Assembly: GCF_006345805.1 (NCBI RefSeq)
Contig: NC_043005.1
Span: 15,128,001-15,192,000, forward strand
From: Octopus sinensis
Taxonomy: Eukaryota
Length of the DNA: 64,000 nt
Reading direction: 5' to 3'
Position numbers and translations under genes: made by a program
Shown: positions 41,451-53,963 of the stretch, in pieces
Layout: every line of letters starts with the position of its first letter
Position numbering within the stretch: position 1 is the stretch's first letter
The notes under the pieces: generated by a model
The model's input: only the letters and a program-made list of their open reading frames with translations
Told to the model about the DNA's origin: nothing
Databases searched by the model: none

Positions 41451-43596
41451 CGTTTTTCGTATTGACACATGAAATTGGGGACCTACAAAAGTTAATGGGG
41501 GACAGGCATTTCGGCTCCAGCATGATGATGAAGAAGAAGAAGAAGAAGGAGGAGGAGGGAGGGAGGGGGAGGGCAGGGGGGAGGAGGAGGAGAAGAAGAA
41601 GAAGAAGAAGAAGAAGATTATAAAGGATCACATTATCCAATGTTCTTCTCTTTTTGAGATGGCTGAAACTAATTTCAGAGAAATGTTACTACTATATCTA
41701 GCAGATTGTGCGATCACGTACAAGCTCCTTCGTTGGTACCTGTAGATTCTGGTGGGGACCGTAACGGAAGCAGGAAAGGTGGACTGGGTCATAATGTGAC
41801 CTACAGTTGATTGTACGTGTCGTTTGGGATTCTTTTGTTATCTTTATTTCCTTATTTGTAATCTTTAACATACAAAATGTGTTCTTCCCATGAGAGGTAA
41901 AATAATATAGGCGAAACCCTCACCCACTTCCTGTTATAAACCTTACATACTTACTACAAATATTTTATATATTCGAAGATGATATATTAACAAAAGATTT
42001 TATTTCAGTGTTGTTGTTTTTAAACTATCATTTGGATGAGTCTTTTCTCTTTGCCTATTATAAGAGGTTTATGTAAAAGTTTCCAGAGTAATGAGAAAAT
42101 AACCGTTTTTGTTCTTTATACGTATGTAGATATATGTTTCATTAAATCTAAATTATAATAAAAGCTTTGTGTAGAGATCAAATTTCTTTTATGGTGCGCG
42201 TAAGGAGCCAGCCAGGTTTACTTAGTTTACCTGGTAAATCATACACATAGTTTTCTCTTTCTTGTAGGTCGAGGTTAGTTGAATTATGTGACTCGTTCAA
42301 TGAAGTAGATTCATTCGTAATGAACTAGTGGCCTAATCTACGAGACCATTATATGTATCTGTTGAAAACTATACATCGTGAAAGTAACTGAAACGATGTA
42401 TTGAAATCTATCCAGCCATTTCCTTTGAAACTTACTGAACACTGGTTATTTATGTATGTCAAGGAAGAAAAAGAAAGCATGAATTTTTGTTTCCATCATT
42501 ATTATAGTGCAAAAGTGCGATAAATTAGCATAATTGTTAATGCGACGGAAAGAGTACCTTGTAGTATTTCTTTCGTTCTCATAAAATCCAGCCGAACTCA
42601 ACTTTGATTTTCATCCTTCTGGGATTGATAAAACGAAGTACGCAAGTCAATAGTATGGACTAAGAACCCCTCCTCTTAAAATTGTGGCCTTTGTGTGTAA
42701 ATTAAGAACAATTATTAGAGGATAGTATTTAGTTAGATCTTTTATTCAAATTGACAAGACGTCGACTTCGGGTTTTATCCTTCACGGCGTCGATAAAATA
42801 AGTATCAAATACTGGACGGATATTATCCACAATACCCATCTCTCAAAATGTGAGACGTTGTGCCAGTTTGTATATTAAGGTCAGCGAATTGACAAAGCCT
42901 TTCAGTATTTAGTTACAAATCCTTACATTCCAAGTTCAAACCACGTTGAGGTTAACTTTGGCTTTCGCGGTGAGAGAGAAATTGTTCTTCCTGAAGTTCT
43001 AATGGAAGGAAATTCTCCTTAAAAAAAAAATTCTCCTTCACTCCTCCTCTCCGATCTATCGTCTTTCTCGCGCGCAAATCGTTTCATATTTAAGGTAATT
43101 TGGTTAAAACCAATTTACATATTTCTTTTGATTTTCTTCTTTTTATAATTGTCATTTTACTTGTAACTACACCTTTTCCGTTTTAAAACTCATAAAAAAA
43201 TCATTCATTTATGAGTAGTTTGGGGAGGCTGGAACAGATTAATTACATTTTAGTTAATTTCAATGGGGAAAATTGGTTTGTAAAACGAGCTCGGTCATGG
43301 AACAAATTAAACTCGTACTGCGAGGTATCACTGTATTTCAGTTCAGAAGGTAAATTGTGCCTGAAATTTGCGTCTATTGCATTTCTTAGAAAACTTTTCC
43401 CATTGAAAATCCAAATCATCTCTATAAAGATGCATTGCAAATGCCATATTTCCAAGTTGTATTGGTTTAAGACATTCTGTTATACTAACATGATTTATTG
43501 GTTTTCAAAGACGACGCTGTCTAATTTGCTTTAAAACCTACACAAAAAATATTTGATACATTCTTCTTCTCTTCATGTTCAATAGTAAATTTACAT

Positions 43597-43973
43597 CTCT
43601 CTTTTACTTGTTTCAGTCATTTTGACTGTGGCCATGCTGGAGCACCGCCTTTACTCGAGCAAATCGATCCCAGGACTTATTTTTTGTAAGCCTAGTACTT
43701 ATTCTATCGATCTCGTTTGCCGAACCGCTAAGTGACGGGGACGTATACACACCAGCATCGGTTGTCAAGCGATGTTGGGGGGACAAACACACACACACAC
43801 ATATACATATATACGACAGGCATCTTTCGGTTTCCGTCTACCAAATCCACTCACAAGGCTTTGGTCGGCCCGAGGATACAGTAGAAGACACTTGCCCAAG
43901 GTGCCACGCATTGGGACTGAATCCGGAACCAAGTGATTGGTAAGCAAGCTTCTTACCACACAGCCACTCCTAC
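43597..43973 (-). mobile_element. SINE family A
   Basis: Family A consensus. Confidence 0.88.
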
Positions 43974-44578
43974 GTTGTAAACATCCAGAGGTACCATCTC
44001 GTGTTGACGACACCTTGACAAATTGTTAACCAAGATATGGTATTTCTTTCCTATTGCTAGAATTATTGAACTGGAGAAATCGATAATTAGGTCTTGTTAC
44101 TCAGCTTGTTAACGACGATCCTCGATTTTATTATCCAATAACAGCTCTTAGTATAATGGTCTCTACACCTGATATCCACTCAGGTAAACCCGAGCCGCTG
44201 GTCTCTCCTATAATTACCCTTGTGCCTAACGCCACAAACACTTCACCAATCACTATCCCTATCTTTCCTTTACAGAACAGTATCTTTCGGAATTCCTTAA
44301 ATGGTCATGTCTGTTCTGCTGGTATTGATTTCGTTGGTTGAAGAAGAACATTAATGGCATTATTCTTACCACTCTGGAAGGGCCTGCGATGGCAATTGGA
44401 CACTATCCCTTTTTTTTTTTTTTGCTAACCCAGCAAGTGTCCACACACGCACAACTTTGGTACATATGTAAATAAAATCACAGCATGTGTGTGTTTGTGT
44501 GTGTGTGATAAAGGTAAGAGGTATGAGAGGTGAATATATAGTTAACCATGTGACTTACATAGGGCTACGATCGTTATG

Positions 44579-44981
44579 GGATCTTTTCGGTTTGAATGGC
44601 AGTTTTTTAAAATAATTTCCACGTAACTAAACACTTTTAAACTTCGTATACTGGTAGAATGTGTTTATAAAACATCTTTTTCTCTTGGCTTTATTGAGAA
44701 AATTCTATAGTTTGTAAGATATTTGTTTGTTTTTTTCTTCAATTTCTGCAATTTCAACCAATCAATGACGTCTATTGAGGTGAAAACATTCTGTGCCGTA
44801 TGAATATGTCCCTCGTTTAAGAAACAGATTGGGCTTATTTACATTTCTGAAGAAAAAAGATACCCTTCCCCCAACCCCTAACCAGATTGAAATGCAATAA
44901 ATCGATACTAGGGTCATAATTATGGGTGACAATTTCATATGACACCGCTAGAAAAAACTGCCGTTCAAAGCGAAAAGATCC
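44579..44981. mobile_element. Complete 403-bp MITE of the GGATC family
   Basis: 30-bp TIRs ggatcttttcggtttgaatggcagtttttt / aaaaaactgccgttcaaagcgaaaagatcc (2 mismatches). 8-bp TSD tcgttatg/tcgttttg. Confidence 0.88.
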
Positions 44982-46149
44982 TCGTTTTGTAACCTTCTTC
45001 ACGAAATATTAATTTCAGTAAAGAAGAAATTATGCGTACACGTTTGCATCAATAAGTATGCAAATAAAGAAAGACAGCTCATCAAATCACTGGAACATCG
45101 TAGTTACGCCAACAATTCAACTCTAAACATACGCACAAAATTTCCTTTTTATATATATACAATCATTATGTCAGCCGATATAGTCGCGGCTTAATTAAAA
45201 GGTGTCGTCAACACGAGATCGTACCTCTACGTTTACAACAGTTTAAGGCGATCTAAGTAACGCATCCAATGGATGGTTGGATGTGTTACTAACGATTCTG
45301 CCAGCTTGACACCTTATTGAAATTAGGACCTCTGTTGGGAGCAGACCATTGTAGCATAACTGATCATTGTATATTTTCGTATAGAATAATCCTGAAATAA
45401 GGGTTAATTTTTTTTCTATCTTGCTTCCAGTTAAGTTAAATCTTTTAGGGTACGTCAATAATGTCCATAAGAGAAAACATAAATGAAATGCTTGATAAAC
45501 AAAAATCCCATTACGTTAGTTACGAAGAACCTAATTTAAATGTTTTTGTTTTAAAATATTTGAGACAAAGGCCTACGTATTAACAAATATTAAGGTATTT
45601 AAAACATTCTCACTGTCAAGCACACCTATCATCAAAAGCATTCCAGCTGTGACTATCCCGAGCATTTGGGGCGGTCATTGACATATTACCTAGGAGTTCC
45701 TTCTTTGTTTGTGGCGGCAAGAAGTGTGCTATGGGGGAGATTTGGTTTCAATTTCTTGCAAGTCGATGGAGGTTCCATCGTTGGTGCGTAACGAATTATT
45801 TTTATTCTGTATAGAAACGAATTTATAGATATGATAAAATTTCGAGCAATCCATTTGATGAGGTATAAAAAAAAGGTGGGGAAATGTATTCACTTTTCTG
45901 CAACAACATATAGACAAGTTATGGACAAACTGCAGCTTGCGTGACTTTCTGAATGGCACACTAAACAAAAAAATTACCTTGAACATTTTAGTAGTGCGAC
46001 CCTAGTGTGCCTGATTAAGACGAACGAAATAGATAAGTGCATGATATGTGATATGTGATAAAAAATGTGATTATTATATTAAAGAAATTGGGATGTAAAA
46101 AAAAAAAAAAATTCCGGATTTTTATCTTTTGATATACACCGCCGATAGT

Positions 46150-46374
46150 TGTTGTTGACAAACAACGGCAGTAATTTTATTCAGCTGAATACACGTCATT
46201 GATTGGTTGAAATTACCGAAATACAACTTTAGCAAGAAATAGCTTCCAAAATACAGAATTTTCTCAACAACGCCAAGAGTAAAAGATGTTTTATGTGACA
46301 CATTCTACAAGTATACAAAGTTTGAAAGTGTTTAGTTACAAAAAATAATTTTTTAAATCAAAAAGTAAAGATCC
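46150..46374 (-). mobile_element. GGATC MITE family fragment
   Basis: Its reverse complement aligns to about 44610-44780 and 4740-4930; it ends in gatcc at 46374. Confidence 0.75.
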
Positions 46375-46488
46375 AAAATTCCTCTAAAAACAGATTTTCT
46401 CGTCGTTAATCATATAATGTATAACAAAAAATGAAACCACTCTGATAATTTACTTACAACTTCTGGTGTGGAACATTTTGTCGTATTA

Positions 46489-46884
46489 GGCGCAGGAGTG
46501 GCTGTGTGGTAAGTAGCTTGCTTACCAACCACATACTTCCGGGTTCATTCCCACTGTGTGGCACTATGGGCAAGTATCTTCTACTATAGCAGACCAAAGC
46601 CTTGTGAGTGGATTTGATAGACGGAAACTGGAAGAAGCCCGTCGTATATATGTATATATATATGTATGTGTGTATATGTTTGTGTGTCTCTATTTGTCTC
46701 CCCGCCCCATTGCTTGACAACCGATGCTGGTGTGTTTACGTCCCCGTAACTTAGCGGTTCGGCAAAAGAGACTGATAGAATAAGTACTAGGCTTCCAAAG
46801 AATAAGTCCTGGGGTCGATTTACTCGACTAAGAGCAGTGCTCCAGCATGGCCGCAGTCAAATGACTGAAACAAGTAAAAGAGTA
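46489..46884 (+). mobile_element. SINE family A
   Basis: Family A consensus. Confidence 0.88.
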
Positions 46885-48640
46885 TCGTATACACTGCTCA
46901 ATGCACCACAACTCGACAGAAACGGTAACCAAAACTTCAAGAACAGAACATAGAATATGCACAGGAAGTGAATAAAACGTAAAAAACAAAAACAAAAAAC
47001 GGGGTGGGGAGCATCAATTCTACTGTTGGCGAATTTCAGGCAGCATGTAAATTTTGAAGCATGTTGTGTCCCGACATCCAGCAATTGATGAGGGTAGTTT
47101 ATTCTATGTTTCAGAAATTCTGAGCGTGAAAAAGTGTTTCCGAAACTCAAGAGGTGCCGTGTTGATTTTTGATTTTGTAAGCATGTCCACGAATGTTAGT
47201 CATATGGAATTCAAAAAGGTGCTTCAGGTTGTAGTAAGAAAGATGGTAGACAATCTTGTGGATGTATATCAAGTCAGGCGTCGGAGCTTTAATATGTCCA
47301 TGCCCAGAGAAGCGAGACGTTCAGAGCATGGTAGATTCCTGACTGCGGGTATTCATCTGGTTGCGCATTTCTGAACACTTTCCAGGAGGTTGATATGCCT
47401 AGAAACATAGGGGTTCCAGACTGGTGATGCAAATTCTGCGGATGCACCATAGCCATATACGGCTTTAAAGAGATAGCTGGAGAGCGGCTGACGAAGATCT
47501 TATTGAACGCCAGGAAAAATGCTTAGTGGCATTTCGTCTGTCTTTACGTTCTGAGTTCAAATTCCACCGAGGTCGATTTTTGCCTTTCATCCTTTTGGGA
47601 TCGATGAAATAAGTACCTGTTGCCTTTAGTAGAAAGGATATTTCAACACTATAACATTCTTCAAGTTGTCATTAATATATGCAACAAACAACAGAGGACC
47701 AAGGACGGATCCCTGTGGTACAGAGATAGCTGGAGAGCGGCTAACAAAGATCTTATTGAATGCTTCTAAAACACCCTCAACTTTGACAATTTTAGAGATC
47801 TGGTTTGTTCAACGCAAATCGCTGTTTATAATAATACCCAGGTCACGTTCACTAACAGATTTCTTAAGATTGGTATTGTTAAAGGAGTATGTAAAAACTG
47901 AGTTTTTCCTCCCAAAATGCATGGTATCACACTTGTTCCCAGCCAACTTGATTTATCAGTCAGTAATCCATTGCTGCATCGTGTCTAAGTCTGATCGTAG
48001 GAAAGATCTATAGTACATAGAATCTGCTCTTTTTATCTTGAGGTATAACTTGATGTCATCTGCATATTTCAACACTACAACAAGGCGGCAAGCTGGCAGA
48101 ATTGTTAGCACGCCAGGAAAAATGCTTAGTAGCATTTCGTCCGTCTTTACGTTCTGAGTTCAAATTCCGCCGAGGTCGACTTTGCCGTTCATCCTTTTGG
48201 GATCGATGAAATAAGTACCTATTGCCTTTAGTAGAAAGGATATTTCAATACTATAATATTCTTCAAGTTGTCATATATGCATCAAACAACAGAGGACCAA
48301 GGATGGATCCCTGTGATACACCAGATGTCATCTCATAGGGTGAAGAATGATGTTCTAGAACCGTGACTTCTTCTTTTCGATCGAGAATGAAGAACTTCAA
48401 CCAATTATAAAGATCATCTTTTACAACTACTGCAGAGAGCTTTGCCATGAATCGTTTGTGTGGCACAGAATTGGAGGCTTTAGTAAAATCAAGATAGTTA
48501 ACACCCACCCATAAGTCGCCATCAGTGATTCGGGTGATGTCTTCATGAAACTCGATGAGTTGGCAACAGCAGCTGGAGTTAGGGATAAATCTTTTAGCTG
48601 GGAACGGCATTTTCATTCTTCCCAACTTGGTCCTTTCTTT
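46885..48640 (-). mobile_element. CR1-clade LINE, RT through 3' UTR, decayed, with SINE B insertions
   Basis: YLDFTKA.NSVPHKR.., SGVSQGSILGPLLF, KYADDIKL, ERDLGII, FASPVWNP..INLLESVQK.AT. The SINE at about 48083-48240 has TSD atatttcaa(c/t)acta. Confidence 0.88.
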
Positions 48641-49127
48641 GGTATGTTTGTACTAGAATTTCCTGATTCTTTTTGTAGTCATGAACATCCATCTTTCTAC
48701 TGATGTCCAGTGCTAGACCAATAAGACATCATAGACCTAACCACAAATCTACGTTTTTCCACCCCCAACAGAAGCACTGCAGAATACCTTCCAACATTCC
48801 CCAGTATCCTCATACCTTGTTTTAAAGACACACTTAATACTGTTTCTCAAGGAGCAGTCAGCTCAACAACCAGCATCCAAGCATGGTAACAAGGTTTGTT
48901 CGTACTCACTCGCTCAAATAAGCATGGTTGTGCAGTTAAGAAATTCTCTTCACAACTACACGTATATTCAAATTTCCTACCACTGCACGGTATTTTAGAC
49001 CTGTCTGCAACCATATCCTCCGATCATAGAAAGCTTTCGGAGTGAAATCTGAGAAACGGAAATCGTGCAGATCACCAGAGGACCATTCTTGTTTATTGAT
49101 GGTTGACTTTCCGTTATCTAGTCTTTC

Positions 49128-49275
49128 CGATGTCCGTATATGGCTATGGTGCGTCCACACTTAGAATTTGCATCACCAGTCTGGAACCCTATCTTACTAG
49201 GCATATCAACCTCCTGGAAAGTGTTCAGAAATGCGCAACCAGATGAATACCCACCATCGGGTATCTACCATACTC
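49128..49275 (+). mobile_element. CR1 ORF2 fragment, inverted relative to 47330-47460
   Basis: MVRPHLEFASPVWNP..INLLESVQKCATR. Confidence 0.75.
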
Positions 49276-50599
49276 TTAAGCGAGGTCTACTCTTTTGCAA
49301 GCATTCGGGCTAAGTTACCATTCAGAGAGTAACATTCTCTCGTTAGTTTTAGATGCTCGTAAAATGTCATAGACACTACCCTTACTACTTTGACTTGTTG
49401 TTGTTGGCATCCTTTTGTCTCGGGAGACAATGGAGTTGCGTATAAACTAATCCAGTCTGGTTTTTACATTTCATGTCCTCTCCAGTTTTGCGCAGGCCTT
49501 GGCTAGATGTAAGAAAATCCTGGGTAGCCCAATCGTCTGGAATCCTCTCTCGACCTTGCTAACGTAGTCCAAAGGAATGCAGAGCATTACGTTCGACACC
49601 AGCTTGGTTGCAGGAGCTGCCGGAAGAGTGTCGAGTCAAACACTAAACCGCCTACGGGGCTCCACTACTTTGACTAAACCATAAAAAAAAAGCGAAAAGT
49701 TTTACATTATCTCGGCATATGTTTTACCATGGAAAGTGGAAGGTAAATTACCTGAAAACCGAGTTAACGATGAGATTTCGATTCCTTGTTGAGTCGTTTC
49801 CTTCGACTCGCTTCTCGAACTTTTCTCTGTGGTTGAGTATGATTAAATCTTTCACTCAAATATTTTCTCCTTACTCTGAAACGGGGCATAAGTAAAACCG
49901 AAGATTCAGTTTTCAGTAACATATGTCTTTATTATTCTTTTTAAAATCCTTCATTTACCGTCAAAAGAATAGTATGTTGTTGTTGTTTAGCTAAGGCTGG
50001 CTTTAACTTATAGCTGTGTAAGATCAAAACCAATCCAACTGTGACAATCCCGTCATTATTTTTTCCAAGCAGTATATCTAAAATTACATTTTATAGATTT
50101 TGGACTTGTTCTTGTATGGCAAGTGATTTGATCTGAGACCGCGTGTTGAAAGTAAAGCAATTATGGCTATCCTGTCTTTAGAAGATAGCTAGGACCATAT
50201 TGTCCTATAATGTGTCTTTTTCCTAAGATGGTAGTTTGTGATATGAGGAAGCTTTGTCAACTATTTCTTGCAAGTCAAACAAACATGCAGGCTTCGATCA
50301 ATATTGTAAAGCGATGAGTTTGTAATGCGTCCTGTTAAAAACATTTCAGCATTTACTTTTTTCTGTGTATGTTTTAATTCCTTATCCTAGTTTAACCAGT
50401 TAGTCCTGATTGAGTAGGTCTATGATGAAAAGCCTGTACAGAAAGGATGTGACCAATGCTATCATTTTTTTAGTGGGTAGTATGTAGGACTACATTGTGT
50501 TCTTTTCTGATTTAAGAAATTAAAGTGTAATACGAAGTAGATTTAGCTGCTGCTTCTAATTATAGTTCCTGTTACAGTTGAGGATAGACAGAAGCAGAG

Positions 50600-51303
50600 A
50601 GTATGGGACAATATGCGTTCAGGTGCCACTTTAAACTTTCGCCTTGATCAATCTTATCAATTTTCAAGGTGTCGCCTACTTTCTGCTAGTGCAAAATTCA
50701 CGGGGGACTGGATTGATGCCCTACTTGTGGCCAACATTGGAGGTCTACTCAGTCTTGATAAGCTCCGCATCTCCATCGCACTCAGAGCGGGAGTTGAAGT
50801 CTGTAGGGGACTGAGATGTCGCTGTGGTATGGCACTCGATCCCACAGGTCTTCACACCGAGCTAATAATTAAGCAAGCTCTGGCTCGGATTAATATCCCC
50901 TCAGTTCTAGAGCCGGCGGGATTATCCAGAGCTGTAGGAAGAGACCAGACGGTCTTACCCTGTGTCCCTGAGTAAGAGGTAGGTGCCTCATCTGTGACTC
51001 CTTTGCTCCCTCCTACATCTTGGATGCTGCGGTAAATGGGTAGGTCACTGCTTCCGTAGCCGAACGGAACAAAGCTCTGGAGTATCGGAACCCAGCAGAG
51101 AACTATCTCTTCCAACCTGTGGAGTTTGAGACGTTTGGAGGGACTGGGCCATTAACGGCAAAGTTCTTGTCACCGTTGGTAGCTCGCCTCACCGAGGTGT
51201 CAGGTAATAGCCGTAAGGGTGCTTGGTTTTTCCAACTCCTTAGCCTCGCTATCGCTCGTGGTAATACCTCGAGCGTGCTAGCTTACTTTATTAGGTTCCG
51301 CTG
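50600..51303 (+). mobile_element. Decayed CRE-clade (restriction-like endonuclease) non-LTR retrotransposon C-terminus
   Basis: RISIALRAGVEVC..CRCG..LDPTGLH (Zn knuckle), IIKQALARINIPSVLEPAGLSR, RPDGLTL.P, DSFAPSY, AERNK..YR, FQPVEFETFG, QLLSLAIARGNTSSV. Confidence 0.8.
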
Positions 51304-51417
51304 AACTTGTAGTGTGCAACCAATTGAAGGACTTCATGTTGCATTGATGGTTTTTTTCTCCCTTCTTTCTTTTGTATTATATATGTATCATATATAATAT
51401 TATACTAATATTACATT

Positions 51418-51808
51418 CTCTTTTACTTGTTTCAGTCATTTGACTGTGGCCATGCTGGAGCACCGCCTTTAGTCGAGCAAATCGACCCCAGGACTTATTC
51501 TTTGAAAGCCTAGTACTTATTCTATCGGCCCCATTTGCCGAACCGCTAAGTTACAGGGGACGTAAACACACCAGCATCGGTTGTCAAGCAATGGGGGGGG
51601 GGACAAACACAGACACAAACATATACACACACATACATATATATAAACATATATACGAGGGGCTTCTTTCAGTTTCCGTCTACCAAATCCACTCATAAGG
51701 TTTTGATCGGCCCGAGGCTATAGTAGAAGACACTTTCCCAAGGTACCACACAGTGGGACTGAACCCAAAAGTATGTGGTTGGTAAGCAAGCTACTTACCA
51801 CACAGCCA
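51418..51808 (-). mobile_element. SINE family A
   Basis: Family A consensus. Confidence 0.88.
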
Positions 51809-52020
51809 TTATATTATATAACTTTAAATAAATTAGTGACTGTTTCTAATTGATGGAAAAACTATGTAGTCGTCTTTCTTGGTTCGAATAAATGCCACTA
51901 AATGGTACTTAAAATCACAGCGAATATATTGCATATAAATTATTGTTTTCATTTAGCTAAAGACTACATTTTTTTGCAAGAAGGGTTATAAGAACTATCA
52001 TTAATTACTTCTAATATCAT

Positions 52021-52350
52021 TGGAAGTCGTGGCACTCCGTCGGTTACGACGACGAGTGTTCCAGTTGATCCGATCAACGGAACAGCCTGCTCGTGAAATT
52101 AACGTGTACCATTAACGTAGTTCTCGGGGAGATTCAGCGTGACACAGTGTAACAAGGCTGGCCCTTTGAAATACAGGTACAACAAAAACAGGAAGAAAGT
52201 GAAAGTTGTGGTGAAAGAGTACAGTAGGGTTCGCCACCACACCCTGCCGAAGTCTCGTTTTCGCTCAATAATCACTTACAACGCCCGGTCTAGGAATCGA
52301 TCCCACGACCGCGAGTCCGTTGCCCTAACCACGGGGCCATTGCGCTTCCA
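52021..52350 (-). mobile_element. SINE with family C head and a different 3' module
   Basis: Head gtggaagcgcaatggccccgtggttagg at about 52350; 3' part ..gttgatcggatcaactgg..cgtcgtaaccgacggagtgcc. Confidence 0.75.
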
Positions 52351-52649
52351 CAATATCATTATAGTAATACTAAAATTTATGTTGTAGTCTATGTAGACCC
52401 CTCTCCAAAGTTGTCTTGGAACAAAGTTAAAGTAAATCGATATTATATATGTAACTCTACACAGTGGAATTACAAACATGCCAAATTCAACTATTTCTTT
52501 GTAAATTGAAAAAAAAAAAAGAAAAGAAAAAGAAAACGAAAAAGCGAATTTCGAACCCCAATGGATTCTCATCAGAGGTTTTTACATCATTTGACTAATT
52601 CCAGAGAAATAAGCAGCCAAACTATTTATATACTCAACAAATCCAGTAT

Positions 52650-52925
52650 ATATTTGTTTGTTCCTTCTCAAGCCATACTTGTCTCATATCGCCGGTTTCC
52701 CGGTTTCCTTGATATATAGGTTCCCCACCTGGACGGGACGCCGGCCTGTCGCAGGTGAGCTGCAAGATGCAGGAGGAAAGAGTGAGAGAAAGTTGTGGTG
52801 AAAGAGTCAGTAGAAGTTCGCCATTATCTTCTGCCGGAGTCACGTGGAGCTTAGGTGTTTCACTCATAAATACACACATCGCCTAATCTGAGATTCGAAC
52901 CCGCGAGTCTGCGGCTCTAACCACT
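52650..52925 (-). mobile_element. SINE with family C head and C2-like 3' module
   Basis: Head gtggaggtacatggcctagtggttagag; 3' part cgtcccgtccaggtggggaac..ggaaaccgg. Confidence 0.75.
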
Positions 52926-52989
52926 AGGCCATGTACCTCCACCCGGTACATATATGTTCTGAATTTAAGGGCCGCATTGAGTGACTGAG

Positions 52990-53345
52990 ATTGTTTCCGA
53001 AAGTCATGGGAGCTGTGCTGTTTTCTGACTTTGTAAACATGTCCACGGGTGTTAGGCAGGTGGACTTTGAAAAGGTGCTCAGTGTTATTGTTAGTAAGCT
53101 GGTTAATAATTTTATGAGTGTCTGCCAGACGCCGGAGTTTCAATGTATCCATGCCCAGGGAAGTAAGGCGTTCAGAATATGGTAAATGCCTATGGCAGGT
53201 ATTCTCTTGGTGCCACGTCGCTGAACGGTTTCCAGACGATTAATATCCTGGGTAAGGTAGGGGTTCCAGACCGGTGATGCAAATTCCAGGTGAGGTCGCA
53301 CCATAGCTATATAAAACCTCAGATAGATAGCCGGAGAGCTATCTA
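52990..53345 (-). mobile_element. CR1-clade LINE fragment
   Basis: MDTLKLRRLADTHKIINQLTNNNTEHLFKVH..RGHVYKVRKQHSSHDF. Confidence 0.8.
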
Positions 53346-53959
53346 GAAACAGACTTTTTTTATGGCAAAATCAATTATTTCACTTTGTGAATTTTTATAC
53401 TAATCGTCTGCCGAAGCTGACCACCACCTGACTCTTGGCTTCCTTTAGCATTATTCTCTTCTGTCACAAGTATTTGCGCCAAGTCTCTAGTATAACTTCT
53501 TCCCACCAGTCTCTGAAAACTATCATAATAAACAGTCATTAGTTTTATCGGGTTCTGCTATTTCTCAGAGAATCTTCATTTGTTAGTGAGGTGAAGCGTC
53601 TACCAATTCACGAATTCAAATCTACAGTGTTTTATTGTACTGATGAAGTACTACTATCGATTAAATACATTGATTATACCTGTTTATCAGGCATCTGTTT
53701 TGTGCCAAAGTTACACACCTATGTATAACATATTTCCAGGCCTGATGAAAGGCAATGTCCATAATTTCTTCAGACCCGCTTCCACTGGAAATAAGATCAA
53801 TCAAGTAGAGTAAAAGCGAGCCTGGTTCCATTCTTAGTCCTATCCTTTTCACTTAGTCTGCGAATGTATTTGAAAAAGCATATATGTTACAAATTCCACG
53901 GTCCTCCATCATAACAGACATTATTAAGACTAATCATCGATTGATGGGTAGAGCTACCT

Positions 53960-53963
<4 letters not shown>

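Noticed and set aside
43211-43534. 107-aa ORF in unique sequence
   Set aside because: No recognisable domain, AT-rich with no coding signature, and no clear splice context.
53400-53950. Possible decayed Penelope-like RT on the minus strand
   Set aside because: Only a vague resemblance (KRIGLRMEPGSLLL..); no diagnostic motif could be confirmed.
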